Positions 21,116 through 33,800 of a stretch of DNA of 64,000 bases are shown in pieces (the stretch's first letter is position 1; every line of letters starts with the position of its first letter). The notes under the pieces were generated by a model that was given only the letters and a program-made list of their open reading frames with translations, did no database searches and was not told the DNA's origin. The position numbers were made by a program, and so were the translations under genes. This stretch comes from Amphiscolops sp. MND2022 (taxonomy: Eukaryota). The DNA lies in contig OZ076409.1 of assembly GCA_964187785.1 (NCBI GenBank), positions 93,684,001 through 93,748,000 of the forward strand, given 5' to 3'.

Positions 21116-21766
21116 ATGGATTCATCAACACTCAATTCTCCAATCGATTACTTCATCTTGGACCGCGACCAAGACGCTGCCCCAGTAAACCCCTGTGCAC
21201 AATCAACACCTAAAGTGCATGGTGATAATTGCGAAAATACTCAAACACCAATTATTGAGGATATTTACGAGATTATTAATACTGGGACGGAACATATTGT
21301 CCTTTATCATGAGTCAGCACCAATATCTATATTAGCAACGGCCCAATCGGACACTTTACCATACAGGAAATTTGCCAACTCCAACCCGATCATCCCGGAT
21401 GACGAATTCATGAGCCCCCCTAGAAACTACGAGAACATGGACAATTGGCTATACGGGCCGCACGATGGGACAATCAGCCCCATCTCCAGTAACTCTAGTT
21501 CGATAGGTTACTTCTCAGGAAGTGACTGGTCAACAGACTCATCCTGGATGTCTTACGATTCAATGATACAGTCTATTTTTCAACCCCCCATCTCTTCCCC
21601 CTTCAGGTCAATTTCACCACTTCTTCCCTTATTGGACGCTCCTCATCAAAGCCGGGGACTGTCACAGCCGCCACAGGGCCGTGAAATAATAAACTTGCAG
21701 AGAACGCCAGAGGGAAGAAATGGGGAAATTAACCAAGAGGAGACTCATAAACCATCACAGACCTGA
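21116..21766 (+). CDS. 216-aa S/P/D-rich accessory ORF of unknown function, overlapping the PPT and the first 107 nt of the 3' LTR
   Basis: CAAATGG start, uninterrupted frame; its C-terminal RTPE...EINQE motif recurs in the diverged solo LTR at 27950. Confidence 0.55.
   Translation: MDSSTLNSPIDYFILDRDQDAAPVNPCAQSTPKVHGDNCENTQTPIIEDIYEIINTGTEHIVLYHESAPISILATAQSDTLPYRKFANSNPIIPDDEFMSPPRNYENMDNWLYGPHDGTISPISSNSSSIGYFSGSDWSTDSSWMSYDSMIQSIFQPPISSPFRSISPLLPLLDAPHQSRGLSQPPQGREIINLQRTPEGRNGEINQEETHKPSQT
21648..21659 (+). other. Polypurine-tract position (weak, AAAGCCGGGGAC)
   Basis: Purine-rich 12-mer abutting the 3' LTR. Confidence 0.45.
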
Positions 21767-23709
21767 AAGAGATCAACCAGCGAAACAAACACTTATCAAC
21801 ATTAAACAACCCTATAAGTGTGAAAACATTAACATAGCCAACTCTCTGCAGTACCTAAAATAAATAGATATGTAAATATTTAAACAATAATAACATATAA
21901 TAGACGTGATTGATTTGTTTACAGTAGTGCGACCAGCATGCTAACTGAAATTATTCTAACCAGCTCACCGGCCAGCCGACCGTCCCAATAATAGTGCACT
22001 AATTCTCACTCCCTTTTAAATCAACCAATCAGCGCTAAGCGCAAATGTGCAGTATTAACTCAGCTACTCTGCTAGCCAAGTAATTCAGTCGACAAAGCTG
22101 GGACGCACGCCTGGCTGCTCGACTGAATTAACTGAAATGCTAGTGCACTCAAATGACGCTAAATGTGAAATAAACTCAAATTCAGAGCTTAGAAGAAGCT
22201 TAAAATATGCAGTTTTAAGTAATAGAGTTGGAATATGTAATATTTATAATATACCAAAGTACAATTGTTAATTTGTCAACCATGATTTCTGGGACGGCCG
22301 CTGGGACAACCGTTTTATATTTATAACCTGGGACGACCGCCGGGACAACCAGCCCAACTTAGATGGAGCAGTAAAGAGCTAAAACACTACCAGATAATGA
22401 ATAACTGCCTTAATACATGTAAATGTGCTATCTTAATTATACATGGAAGGTTACAAATCATTCAAGTAAAGCGAAATGATGAATAATATTAGTACGAGCC
22501 GGGGCACCCGCCTGGACAACCGTTTGATTAATTAATGATGTATCAAATTTGAGTGAATTATTAATACGTTATGATAGTGACAATCGTTCGACATACCATA
22601 TTTGTTAACCGAATGGAAATTACTCCCAGATGCTACCTAACTGAATAATCTTGCCCCCCTTTTCACATGCATTAATTTGGGCCGTTAGCCTGGTTGCTTG
22701 ACCTCGTTTGAATATTATGTCCGTCGACCAGGCATGTGTTTAATGTCTAATTTGTGAAAGCGCGTCGATAGTTGTGATCATCACCCCTAATTTTGTCAAT
22801 TCACAAATTAGTGCAGTTTTCTCTTATGTTGAATTGCTTATTTTATTTCAAGGAAAATTCATTTCCTTTTCCCGCTTCAGTAGCTAGGTTCATGAATTTC
22901 AGTGCCAACTTCACCTTCGGCGTCTTGAAAAGGCGGGGAATGAAGAAGAAAGGGACGCGGAATTGGGAAGCGGCAGGAAGTGAATTCCCACTTTTCTTTA
23001 AAGTGGGTTGAAACCGAATGCCGAGTCCCGAGGAAGAATACCTTATTTGGAAATCCCCGCTTCGGAAAGGACGCCGAGGTGAACAAGGTGTGAATTCACG
23101 CGCGGGGTTTTCCCCGCGTGTCTAGTGTAAAGTATAAATACCTGAAGCGGGATTAGGAAAAGTTAGTTGACAATTTGATTTTTCCAAGTGCGTTTGATTA
23201 ATCATTCTCCGGAAATTTTGCTTTTGTAATAATCGTGTTAATTACTTTTGCTTAGTATAATTCCTTTGTTTCGAAAAACTTTGACAAATTACTGAACTGA
23301 AGTCTCCATTACGTTTGTAACGACTCAAGTTTAATTGAAATATTGTCTCTCCACTATTTTTGCAAGATGCCTGAGAAGTCTCAAAAACGAAAGTTGAGGA
23401 GTGACCAGTCGACTAGCCAGTTCGACATAGAGACCGCAAGCTCAATTAACGACGAAAACGCCGTACTATCGGAAAGGGATTTTGAAGACATATCTAATAA
23501 AATTGAGAATAAAACTTCCAAGCGTCTTAGAGACACTGAACTCAATCAACGTGAGATATTAAAATTGATCGAGAGCCTGTCGTCCAAAGTTGACAACCTA
23601 TCAAGCGTCAATTCTGAACAAGGTTACTTGACGACCAGGACCGAGAATAGTGGAAACCCCACTGAAGAACTAGAAGAAGTTGGTTTATCTAGGAACGAGA
23701 GTTCCAACA
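21660..23709 (+). repeat. 3' LTR (2050 bp)
   Basis: TGTCACAGCC...GTTCCAACA followed by TSD CGATG. Confidence 0.97.
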
Positions 23710-23981
23710 CGATGAAACCCAGTTTTTGCAATAATTCTCTTGCCGACTCTATGATGAAAGATGTACCGAATATTTGAATTCGAAAGGACTTCATATGTTC
23801 GAATACAAAACCATACATTTCCATATATGGAATCATGTGCCAGAAGCATGTGCGGCACGGTTCCATGTATGGCTTCAATGGATGGTGCGTTAATCAACAA
23901 TCATCCGCTTCTAGATGTATAAATAGATAGAAGCCGCACAGGATCGGATCCGGAAACCAACGAACTCGGCCTAATGATTCC

Positions 23982-24629
23982 TTTTTAGTCGGCGCTTCAT
24001 GAAGTGAAACGCGACTATTATAGTGACTCTTTTTTTTCTATCCACACGAACTGACCAAAATAGTTCTACAAAAGTTCTACAAAATATTATTGCATCAAAA
24101 TCCACTATTTGGTCTAGCGAACTGAACCAAAAAGGTTTTTCTTGTTTTTCCGCGTAACATACCATACCGGGCGAGACCAAAGACTCCCCCCCCCCCTTTC
24201 ATTTTTTTCGGCACTCCGAGACTTTTTTTTCGAAAAAAAAATTTTTCCCCAAAGGGTCCCCCTGCATTTTTTTGATGTTTTGCGACAGAATGGATGTTGA
24301 AAAATCCCAAAGGGTCCCCCTTTTCAGTTTTTTTCGGCATTGTGAGATTTTTTCCTGAAAATGAAAATTTTTGTTTTCTTCAATTTTTTCATGTTTTGCG
24401 ACAGAATGGATGTTGAAAAACCACAAAGGGTCCCCCCTTTCAGTTTTTCGGCATTGTGAGACTTTAGCGCGCCACTCGGTCCATTTTTTTGAGTATGTAA
24501 TTTTTTCGGAAAATTTTTTCCAAAAAATTTCGATTTTCGAGTATTGTAAAAGAGTACTAGACACTTGGAAGTCTTTTTGCTATTTTTGAGCCTTGGATAT
24601 GGCGCCGACTTGGGAGGTCCCGGCTTGTT
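23982..24629 (+). mobile_element. HINE/DINE-1-like non-autonomous Helentron copy
   Basis: TTTTT-AGTCGGCGC ... GCGCCGACT-TGGGAGGTCCCGGC-TTGTT; closely similar to 60696-61371. Confidence 0.7.
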
Positions 24630-24839
24630 TCTCAGTACGGATGGATTTTTAAAATCAGACATAAATTGTATACTTTTGGTTTGTAACCATGGAAGAGGCT
24701 CAGCAAGGGTTTTTTGCCAGATCCATTCTTCGTTAAGTGCAATTCGAATGCTGAGGAAATGTCTAAATGTTCAGAAACTTATATTGAAAAAACTACTGTA
24801 AAGTTTTTGTACTTGTGAATAAATTGAATATTTTTTCAG

Positions 24840-27800
24840 GCAGGCAAGTTCATCGAAGTGCTGGCTCCAAGTGCGACTGGGTTCCTGGTTGTTAGCATGA
24901 CTCTTGACAGGTACAGTCACCCTAAATGAAGATTTTGAAATGAAGAGATACGTTCAGTCATTCATCTGAAAAAAAACTGATCAACATAGACAAAATGTTT
25001 GCTGTAAATAATCTGCTTGCTATAACGAATACAAGAGATACAGTGGCACTGTCATATTTTTCTGTATACTGTTGCAAGGCGGCTTTCTGTAAGAACCAGC
25101 CATTTTTAACCTCAATTGTATCAAAAAAGAACGAAAACTGAATGACTTCAGCTCAATGGTTCCGGAAACCAGTTCATGCGTACATGCATGAAAGGATACA
25201 ACTAAGCAATACAAGAAGAGGTGAAGACTTAGGAAAAACTAGTTACCTAGTTCGGTAAAACGTCAAAAGTCCCAATTTACCGCATATTTATCAAAATGTA
25301 CGTAATTATATAAAAATCAATAAGTGTAGTTCAATTGAGAAACATTTGGAAGCAAAACAATAAAAGTTTGATTGAGTCCATATTATTTTCTAAAAAATAC
25401 AGGTTTGAATGCCAAAAATATAATCGTGCAAACTAAGGTGTTCTCTAACGAACTGCAATTGCTCGAAAATTAAATTGCATCGATTAAATTGAAAAAAAAA
25501 CTAATTAAAACTGGTTTGGTTTAAAAAATAGTTTCAAAAGGCTAGAAGATTTCAGCAATCGAATCTTTTCGAGAGAGTATCCAAACATGATGTTTCAGGT
25601 ACTTCGCAATAGTGAAACCCTTGAGTTTTTACCTGTCCCGAAACTACGTGCACAAGCAATCGACTCTCTCGTGGTTGGCAGCATGCATCATCTCCATCCC
25701 CCAATTCATTCACGCTCACATCAATACCGAGACAAAGGCATGTTGAACAAGGCACATGCGCAGTGACACTTCATTTTTTCACAGAACAAAGTGACTCAAA
25801 ATTTCAATCTGTGATATACTTCTGAACAGACTTTTCCTTCCCATTTTCCTAAGAAAACCAAGTCTTGCAAAGTATTTTGCGGTTCAAAGGTACGGATACG
25901 AAGTTTTTCATATCATTTTTAGTCGGCGTTTCACGAAGTGAAACGCGACTATACATGTGACTTTTTTCAATCCACACGAACTAACCAAAATAGTTCTACA
26001 AATTCTACAAAATTTTAAAGCGTCAAATAGGATCATTGTACTATTTGGCCCAGGGAACTGAACTATAATAGTTGTTCCTTTTTCCAGCGTAACACAAAAC
26101 CTGACGAGACCAAAGGGCCCCCTTTCACTTTTTTTGTTATTTTGCAACAGAATGGATGTTGAAAAAACTCACAGGGTCCCCCCTATTACATTTTGTGGCA
26201 CTATAAGACTGTTCAAAATTCTCGTTTTTCGTTTTTTTTCCCGAAAATTTTTAGATGTCTCTAAAGGTTCTCTTCAATTTTTGTGTTATTTTGCAACAGA
26301 ATGTATGCATTTTAGAGAGACATTTAAAAATCCCAAAAAGTCCCCCTTTTAGCCCACCAGTTCTGCCTGCCCCTCTTTGGGTTTTTCGGGTACTGTGGAA
26401 GAGAATACTTCACATTTTGAAGTCCTTTCGCTATTTTTGAGCCTTAAGCGTCGCACACAAATTTTGCAAAACAAAGTGACGCAAAATTTCAAACTGATAG
26501 GCTTGTGAAGAGACCATTCCTTCCCGTTTTTCAGAATAAACTATTCTATCAAAAACCAAGTCTTTCCAACCAAGGTTTTAGCGGTTTATAGATACGGCTA
26601 CAAAACTTCGAAGGTTTTTATATCCTTTTTAACAATTGATTTTGCAAATTGAACGCTTTTTTGGTTAATTTTTGTTTGAAAATGTTTTCAACATGCTGTT
26701 GTGTCACGTGACAGAAGTGTGACGTCAGCGTTTCTTGGGTGACCTCCTGGATGTTCAAAGTATACCTAACTTTGATCATTCTGCTCATCTTCGTATTGCC
26801 CCTGACAATGAGCAGCTACTGCTACACCAAGGCATGAATGCCAATTTATATAAATTCATTACAAATTTATAAACTAACACAATTAATCAAATATATGTAT
26901 TTTAGAAATTAAGTAAAATTATGAAGCTTTTTTAAATCAATTTTCGCAAAGAAACTTACTGAGAAAAATTGGAATGTTATCGCTCTGATTTAGTTTTTGA
27001 AAACTCAGCCGTTTGAAATGCAAGTGGTGTATAAGTGTCTTACGTTTCTCGGAACTCTATCCCATTTCCAGACCAATTTCATTATTGTGAAAAAAATATT
27101 TTCATAAGAATGCAAATCAATTTCAAATGAAATCAAAACATTTTCATATGAGTGCACACCAATTTCACTGTTACGCAAAACATTTTCATTTGGACAAAAT
27201 TCTTTTTTTTTGTTCTGAATCCGTTTTCATTTGCTAATTGGATTAACCCTAAATGGACTTAAGTACGACTTCGTAACAGTTAGTTTCTTCAAGCTTCTAA
27301 ACGCACCAGCAGACCAGACCGTATGGTAGAGAAAACTCTTGAATCAGATTTCCAGACGATATTACATATCATTGTACGCCTTTTCACTTAAAAGTCTCCG
27401 AAACCAAGAAAACGGGACCAATGAATTGAAAATATTGATCGTAGATTTTCCGTTTTTCCAGTTTTCGTTTGTGGCCACCTTATCCCACAGGTATCAAGAT
27501 TGGTTCAAAGTGGATTGGTTCTAAGTTTTCAAACATGCTGGAGTGCAGTCAGAGACACTAGGCGTGCAAAGTAGTTGCGCAGAGTCCCGAGCCAGTCAGA
27601 TTATTTGGATTTTTGAATGCTCAAATTAGCAAGTTGAAGCAATTTTTCAGAATTTGAATTTTGTGCCAAAATATCAAAACTTTTGCCAACTTGTCGATAA
27701 ATGCCAAATTAGTTTAAAAACTTGGCAATTTTCGATTCACAGGGAGAAAATTGTATGCTGATTGTGCAATTCGAAACTGCATTTGAAAATGTTTATCGTT

Positions 27801-30800
27801 TGAATGAAAACGTTTTGCATAGGATTGAGATTGTTGTTCACTCAAATGAAACGGAAATTCGTCCATATGAAAAAAAGTTTTTCATAGAAAAAAAATTGTC
27901 ACATAATGAAATTGTATTCCAATCGTTTGAATTTGTTTTGAAAGCAAAATGTCGCATCCCAACAAATGAAATGCGAACACCCGAGGAGGAAGACAGAGAA
28001 ATTAACCAAGAAAGAAATCAAGAAACATCACAAATCTGAAAAGAAATTCCCAATAAACAATTACTACAATATTAAATATTCATGTGACTACTTGATTATT
28101 AATGATGAGAGCTCAGCGTTGTACCTAAAATACATAAATATGTAAATATTTAAAAAAATACTAAGGGCAGTGTTTATAGTCAAACAGCTAGCGCGTTGAC
28201 TGAAGTCAATTCAGCTAGCGCGTTGACTGGAGCGTTGCCTTAAATACTAGCAACAAAAGCAAACGGAATATAAGGGCCAAATTAAACTGACCAACAGGGT
28301 TGAGCGCGGATGCTTTGAGCAAACGAAAAGTTGTCCTAAACAGCTCACCAGTCGACTGAAACTGGGACGCCTGCACAGTCAATCGACCTAAATACTCAAT
28401 TGATCGAAAGTATTGAGGTGCTATTTTATACCAAGTGCGAAGAATAACCCAGCCTAGAAGGGGCTCAAGAGGAAATACACAATTAACAAAAGCTAATAAC
28501 GATGCTATGTTGTTGCAATTTTGATCTCTAAAAATCCTGGAATCTGAGTCAACGGTTCAAGAAACACACTGAATTCTTTGTCAGAGACAACTACCAGAAC
28601 GATCTACCGATAACCCTATTTGTCACGAACAAACATTTTTAAATGTGCTAATATATGGTCTTTTGTCACCAGGGTGAACAATTCAGTACTGTTGCGCTTT
28701 GTCATACCGTAATTACCTTAATAAAATATAGTTATTACAATGTATCAATTCATCTGGTATATCCTGATCAACCGCCTTGACAATTTGCATGTTAATGATA
28801 TACTACGCTAAATTCATTCAACCCAAAGTTAAATTGTTTCCATGATTTAATGTTTCCAATTTGTCAGTTCCAATTTTTCAGTTTCCAATGTTTCCAATTT
28901 TTCAGTTCTCTGACTATGTCGGCGTGAGTCGACGCCCCAGTCAACCATTTTTTTGCTCCAAATCGGACGCACTGCCTAGAGCGTGTCCAGGAAAGTTTGT
29001 TGCCAATTTGTTGAAAGATTATTTGTTTGTGGATATCAGTCATTTTTAGCTCGAGAAGCTTTGATCAATATTTGGTGCAACTTAATAGTTTATTTTATTC
29101 GTGAAAACCCATTCTTTTCCTTCGATGCCAAATACATTTCTTCTCTCGCGTCAGTAGCTAGGTTCATGAATTTCAGTGCCAACTTTGGTTAGGCGTCTTT
29201 AAAATGTGGGGAATGAAGAAGAAAGGGACGCCGAATTGGAAAGCGGCAGGAAGTTAATTTCCACTTTTCCTTAGAAGTGAGATGAAACCGAATGAAGAAT
29301 CCCGAGGAAGCCTACCTTCTTTGGACTTTCCCGCTTTAGAAACGACCCCGAATTGAACAAGGTGTGTCTAGCGCAAAGTATTATTACCTGATGTGGGATT
29401 GGAAAGGGATTTAGGTTCTTAGCTCTTGTTGAGATCAGTGACTTGTACTTTACCCTAGTTTGATTTGATCAGTGAAACTAGCGTCGTCATTTTGGTTCCG
29501 GATTACTACTCGATTTGTTGTTGACTGTTGATTGGTTGTTTGATTCTTTTGAAGATAAACCGGTTTGATTATTAGTTGGCAGACTGATTGGAGTTTTTGT
29601 ATAATTCGAAAATCCACTCGGTAATTAATTTTTGACTTGCCTTCTGATTTTTGCATAACCATGCAAGAGAAAACTCAAAAGAGAAAACTGCGAAGAGGCC
29701 CACCAAGTGATCGTTAAATGAAAGAAACGACTAGTTCCATAGTAGAAGGAAACCCTAGTCTAACTGATAGAGACTTCGAGGATATCACGAACAAGGTAGA
29801 AAATAGGATGTCAAAGAGGCTAAGAGATACAGAACATAGCCAAAGAGAAATCCTGCTCTTAATTGAGAATTTATCAACTAATGTCGTCGGTTTGTCGAAC
29901 GTATAACTTGAACACGGGAGCTCTAACTCTAGGATCGGTGCTCAAGAAGACTCCACCAACTGGCTGAGTAGTGAAAACGACATTTTAAACGGAACCTATA
30001 ACGCTGGTCACAAGAAAAATGAAATTGATTTTTGGAAGAATAAAATAAAATTGGAAATGGTATAGCATTTTCCAATGAACCTAAGCATGTTACAACTAGT
30101 AACCTGAAAACATCCTCTCGTGAAAAATTCCGAATGTGATTTTTTTCTCTTCAATTCAGCCTTTATTGGTTTCCATAAGTTTTTATCAAGTTGTTTTTCC
30201 AAAATTATTTTTTGAAAAAATTATAAAATTATTAACTTGGTATTATAAAACTTGAGTGGTTTTGTTTCATACTTATAATTATGTTTTATAGGCTAAATCT
30301 ACCATATTGGATAATAAGTTGTACCTTTTTTTTAAATATTAAATTTAGAACAATGTATAATTAATAAAAGTAGAATCCTAACTATTGGGCATTCCCTTGC
30401 AAAGGTTATCCTGAAGCTGACCCGAAAGGCGGCGACATGTGTGGAAACCAATGCCAATAACCAATCTCTTGTCAATTCCCAGAAACGACTGCTGGCTGCC
30501 AGAAGAAAAGCCACCAAAATGACCATCTGCGTCATTGTGAGTTACTTCGTCTGCTGGGCACCCTACTTCATCATGGCTTTCCTCCACGGCTGGTTCGAGG
30601 CATGTATATCCAAATTAAAACATAACAAGACGACCGCTAAGCACCGGGATATTTTCCGCTAAAAATGTAACGCATCAGTACGGGTTCGAACCCTCGACCT
30701 CGTGTCTGCCAGGTAGACGCACTACCAATTGAGCCAAAGTAACTAAATTAGGTACTATAGTTATAACTGAAGTGGATGGATATCGTGGAGATTTGGCAGA

Positions 30801-33800
30801 ATTGGTTTTAAAAAAACGCAACTCAGATTATGATTTTCCTCCTCCATCACAAATAAATTTGTAGGGGCGGGAAATAATAATAACCCGAGTTGAACTAACA
30901 TTTTGTTCATGCAATTTTCCATATATGGAAATTAGATGCATACCCTAGAAATGTCCCAAATAAAAATTGAAATAAAAATCTATGGTTTTGCTACAACTGC
31001 CATATTTATAATATACAGTAGGTAATTTACCAGAAATTTGCGCACGTTTAGTATTTTTTTAGTTATCTCAAAATTTTAGCTACGAGAACAAATGTTTCGC
31101 GAAATCCACGGTTTAGTGTTTCTTTTTCGATTACAAATTTATCAATACATTTTGCACGAAAACAGAGCAATACAGATAATTCAAGCGTCCGATGTTCCTT
31201 TCAATGCCAGTATCAACTTTAATCTCCATAAAAATGCAGAAACCTAGCAGTATTAATTACCATTTTAGATGATGATGTTTGTAGCCGTTGCAAAAAATGT
31301 TAGACAGCAAAGAATTGAGTTATCTCTCAGCCGCTTCTATCACAAAACGAGGAAGTTCAATACTAACCTTTGGTAGTAGTTCTACTAAAAACGAATAAAA
31401 GTATTTTTGGGTTCCATTTTCATGTTTGAAAGCAATCCAAAATTGTGAGTTTTCCTTTGAGAAAAGTTGGGCTTCATGAAGAACATCGCCAATGGCCAAA
31501 ATGAAACTCAAAAAATCTACTAAGTGAAACAGAAAACGGACCGCATAAAAATTTTCAAATGGTTATCGACTAAAAGTTTAAAACAAGTTTCAACGCTGAC
31601 AACTTGACACTTTTGATAGTTTTGCTTCGGCGATAAAGAACGTTCACACATCAAAAGAATGTTTCTTTTTCAGAATGTTCCTAACAACCTTGGTTGAAGA
31701 ATTTACTACGCAATGATACTCAAGTTTGACACAAATGTGAGAGACTTTCTGTGCCTTGTTTACAAATTTTACGATTTTGAAGAGTGAAGTTTTCGTGCGC
31801 ACCGTTTTTTTGGATCACCTTTAAACATGACCTCGTGAAGTTTGACATACAGTTTACAAATGTTTACTTGTCAAATTTATGACAGTTTCGCCTTCATTGC
31901 TTTTTGGGACACCGTCTTTGGTGAACCAAAAAAGTTGTAACGCACAAAATATTCACTCTTCAAAACCGTAACATTTGTAAAAGATGCACTGATAGCCTTC
32001 ACTGTCTCTGTTAATCATTTTCTCATTACGTTATCAGATATTCAACAAAGAATTATCTGAATTTTAACAAAAAATTATGGACGTTCTCATCACATTTGAT
32101 GTGTTGAAATTCATTTGTTGTCAAATTGAATGGCTGACAGAATGATTTGCAATGTTCAGAGCTGTTTCGAAACATTTGTTTACAAGCCCTAGTCGGGATT
32201 GCTTGAACTTTTTAAATGCTGCATGGAAACATGCAGCCTAACTTTTTTTACAAAACATGGAAAATTAGGGGGGAGTCTGCATGGAAACATTTTGAAGGAT
32301 TACAATGCAGCCTGTACTATTTGAATTAAAACTGAAAACAATTCCACTGCTTCACCGCCTCGATCACATTGTTTTCACGCGTAAGTTTCTCAAGTAAGTT
32401 TCTTATGTTATCACCGTTAGTCCAATAGCACGCTGAATATGACGCTTTTTTGAAACTTATAATGTGACTAAGTTTATTTGCATTGAAATCGCGGTAAAAT
32501 TGATGATTAAAGCAGCGGCCTCAGCTGCTTTCAAAACTAGAACGGCGTCTTAATGGAACCTGCACAACTTTGCTGCGGAGAATTGCCGCCAAATTTAGGA
32601 TGCATCTTATAGGCAGCTTGATAAAACTAATTCAAATCAATGAAGTTTTAATGCATGGATGTTTCTTTGAGACTTTTATAAAATCTTGGAAAATTAGCTT
32701 GGTTACCTACAAAAACATGTAAAAAGTACAAGCAGTTCCAACCAGGGAGAATTTGAAACTTTGAGAACTGAAACTTTTTCATGCCTTCCGTTTTTTTTTT
32801 TGGTTCACCTAGTAATGATAACTCAAGTTTGACTGAAAAGTGAGGTATTTTCTATGCTTTGTTTACAAACATTATGATTGTGAAGAGTGATAGTTTTGTG
32901 TGTTGCATTTTTGTTGGTTCAACTAGATGTGAATGGCCCTTTTAAGACATCCAGTTAACTTTACCTAAGTTGGTGACTATATTTTTTGAGTTTGATAATG
33001 GGGGGGAGAATTGTGTTTCAATGGTATTGATTATTTGCAGGTGAAGGTGCCCGACTGTCTGTGGTTTGTCGTACAATTCTTCATATATCTCAACTCCATC
33101 TGTAACCCCGTCATCTATGGTTTCTTTTCCATCAAACGCAACGAGAGCCAAGGCAACAGTGTCTTCTGGCAACGAACCCGTGCCAGGTAAGAACAGCCAA
33201 GAACAAACAGAATCAACGCTATACTTACCCGGATCCAAATTCATAAGCCTTCCATGCAATTCCATGCATGGAACCATATAATTACATATGGTTCCATGCG
33301 ATTCCATGCATGGAACCATATGATTCCATGCGATTCCATGCACGGAACCATATGATTCCGTGCGATTCCATGCATGGAAACGGCATGAAATTATCGTATG
33401 GAACCATATGGTTCCATGCGATTCCATGCACGGAACCATATGATTCCGTACGATTCCATGCATGGAAACGGCATGAAATTATCGTATGGAACCATATGGT
33501 TCCATGCATGGAATCGCATGGAAGACTTATGAATTTGGATCCGGGTACGGCTCAAAACCGCATTCGTTTTGTTATAATAATTTGTTTTACGACTGCTGTG
33601 AGGTCATATATTATCTTAGAGTACAAAAAAAGGTCCCAGAACGGGACATTTTGGACTCATTGTAGTTTCGATTCGGCTCAAAATATGATAGAAAAAACAA
33701 GAAAAAACAAAGAATTGTTTTGCAAAAAAATTGCCGAAAAACCCGAATCAGAGGCCCCTTGGCCCTGTATCATTTATTACTTCATTAGAAATAAAAAAAA

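Larger units (their letters stand above)
8061..23709 (+). mobile_element. Full-length Ty3/Gypsy LTR retrotransposon (15.65 kb) with accessory genes
   Basis: Two 2050-bp direct repeats bounded by TG...CA; 5-bp TSD CGATG (8056-8060 and 23710-23714); PBS; gag followed by pol in PR-RT-RH-IN order. Confidence 0.97.

Noticed and set aside
16549..21659. env gene in the pol-to-3' LTR interval
   Set aside because: No long sense ORF with signal peptide, furin site or TM anchor; sense ORFs at 17019-18252 are shadows of the antisense gene
30673..30740. Functional tRNA gene
   Set aside because: A and B boxes are present but the cloverleaf stems do not pair; treated as a tRNA-derived repeat
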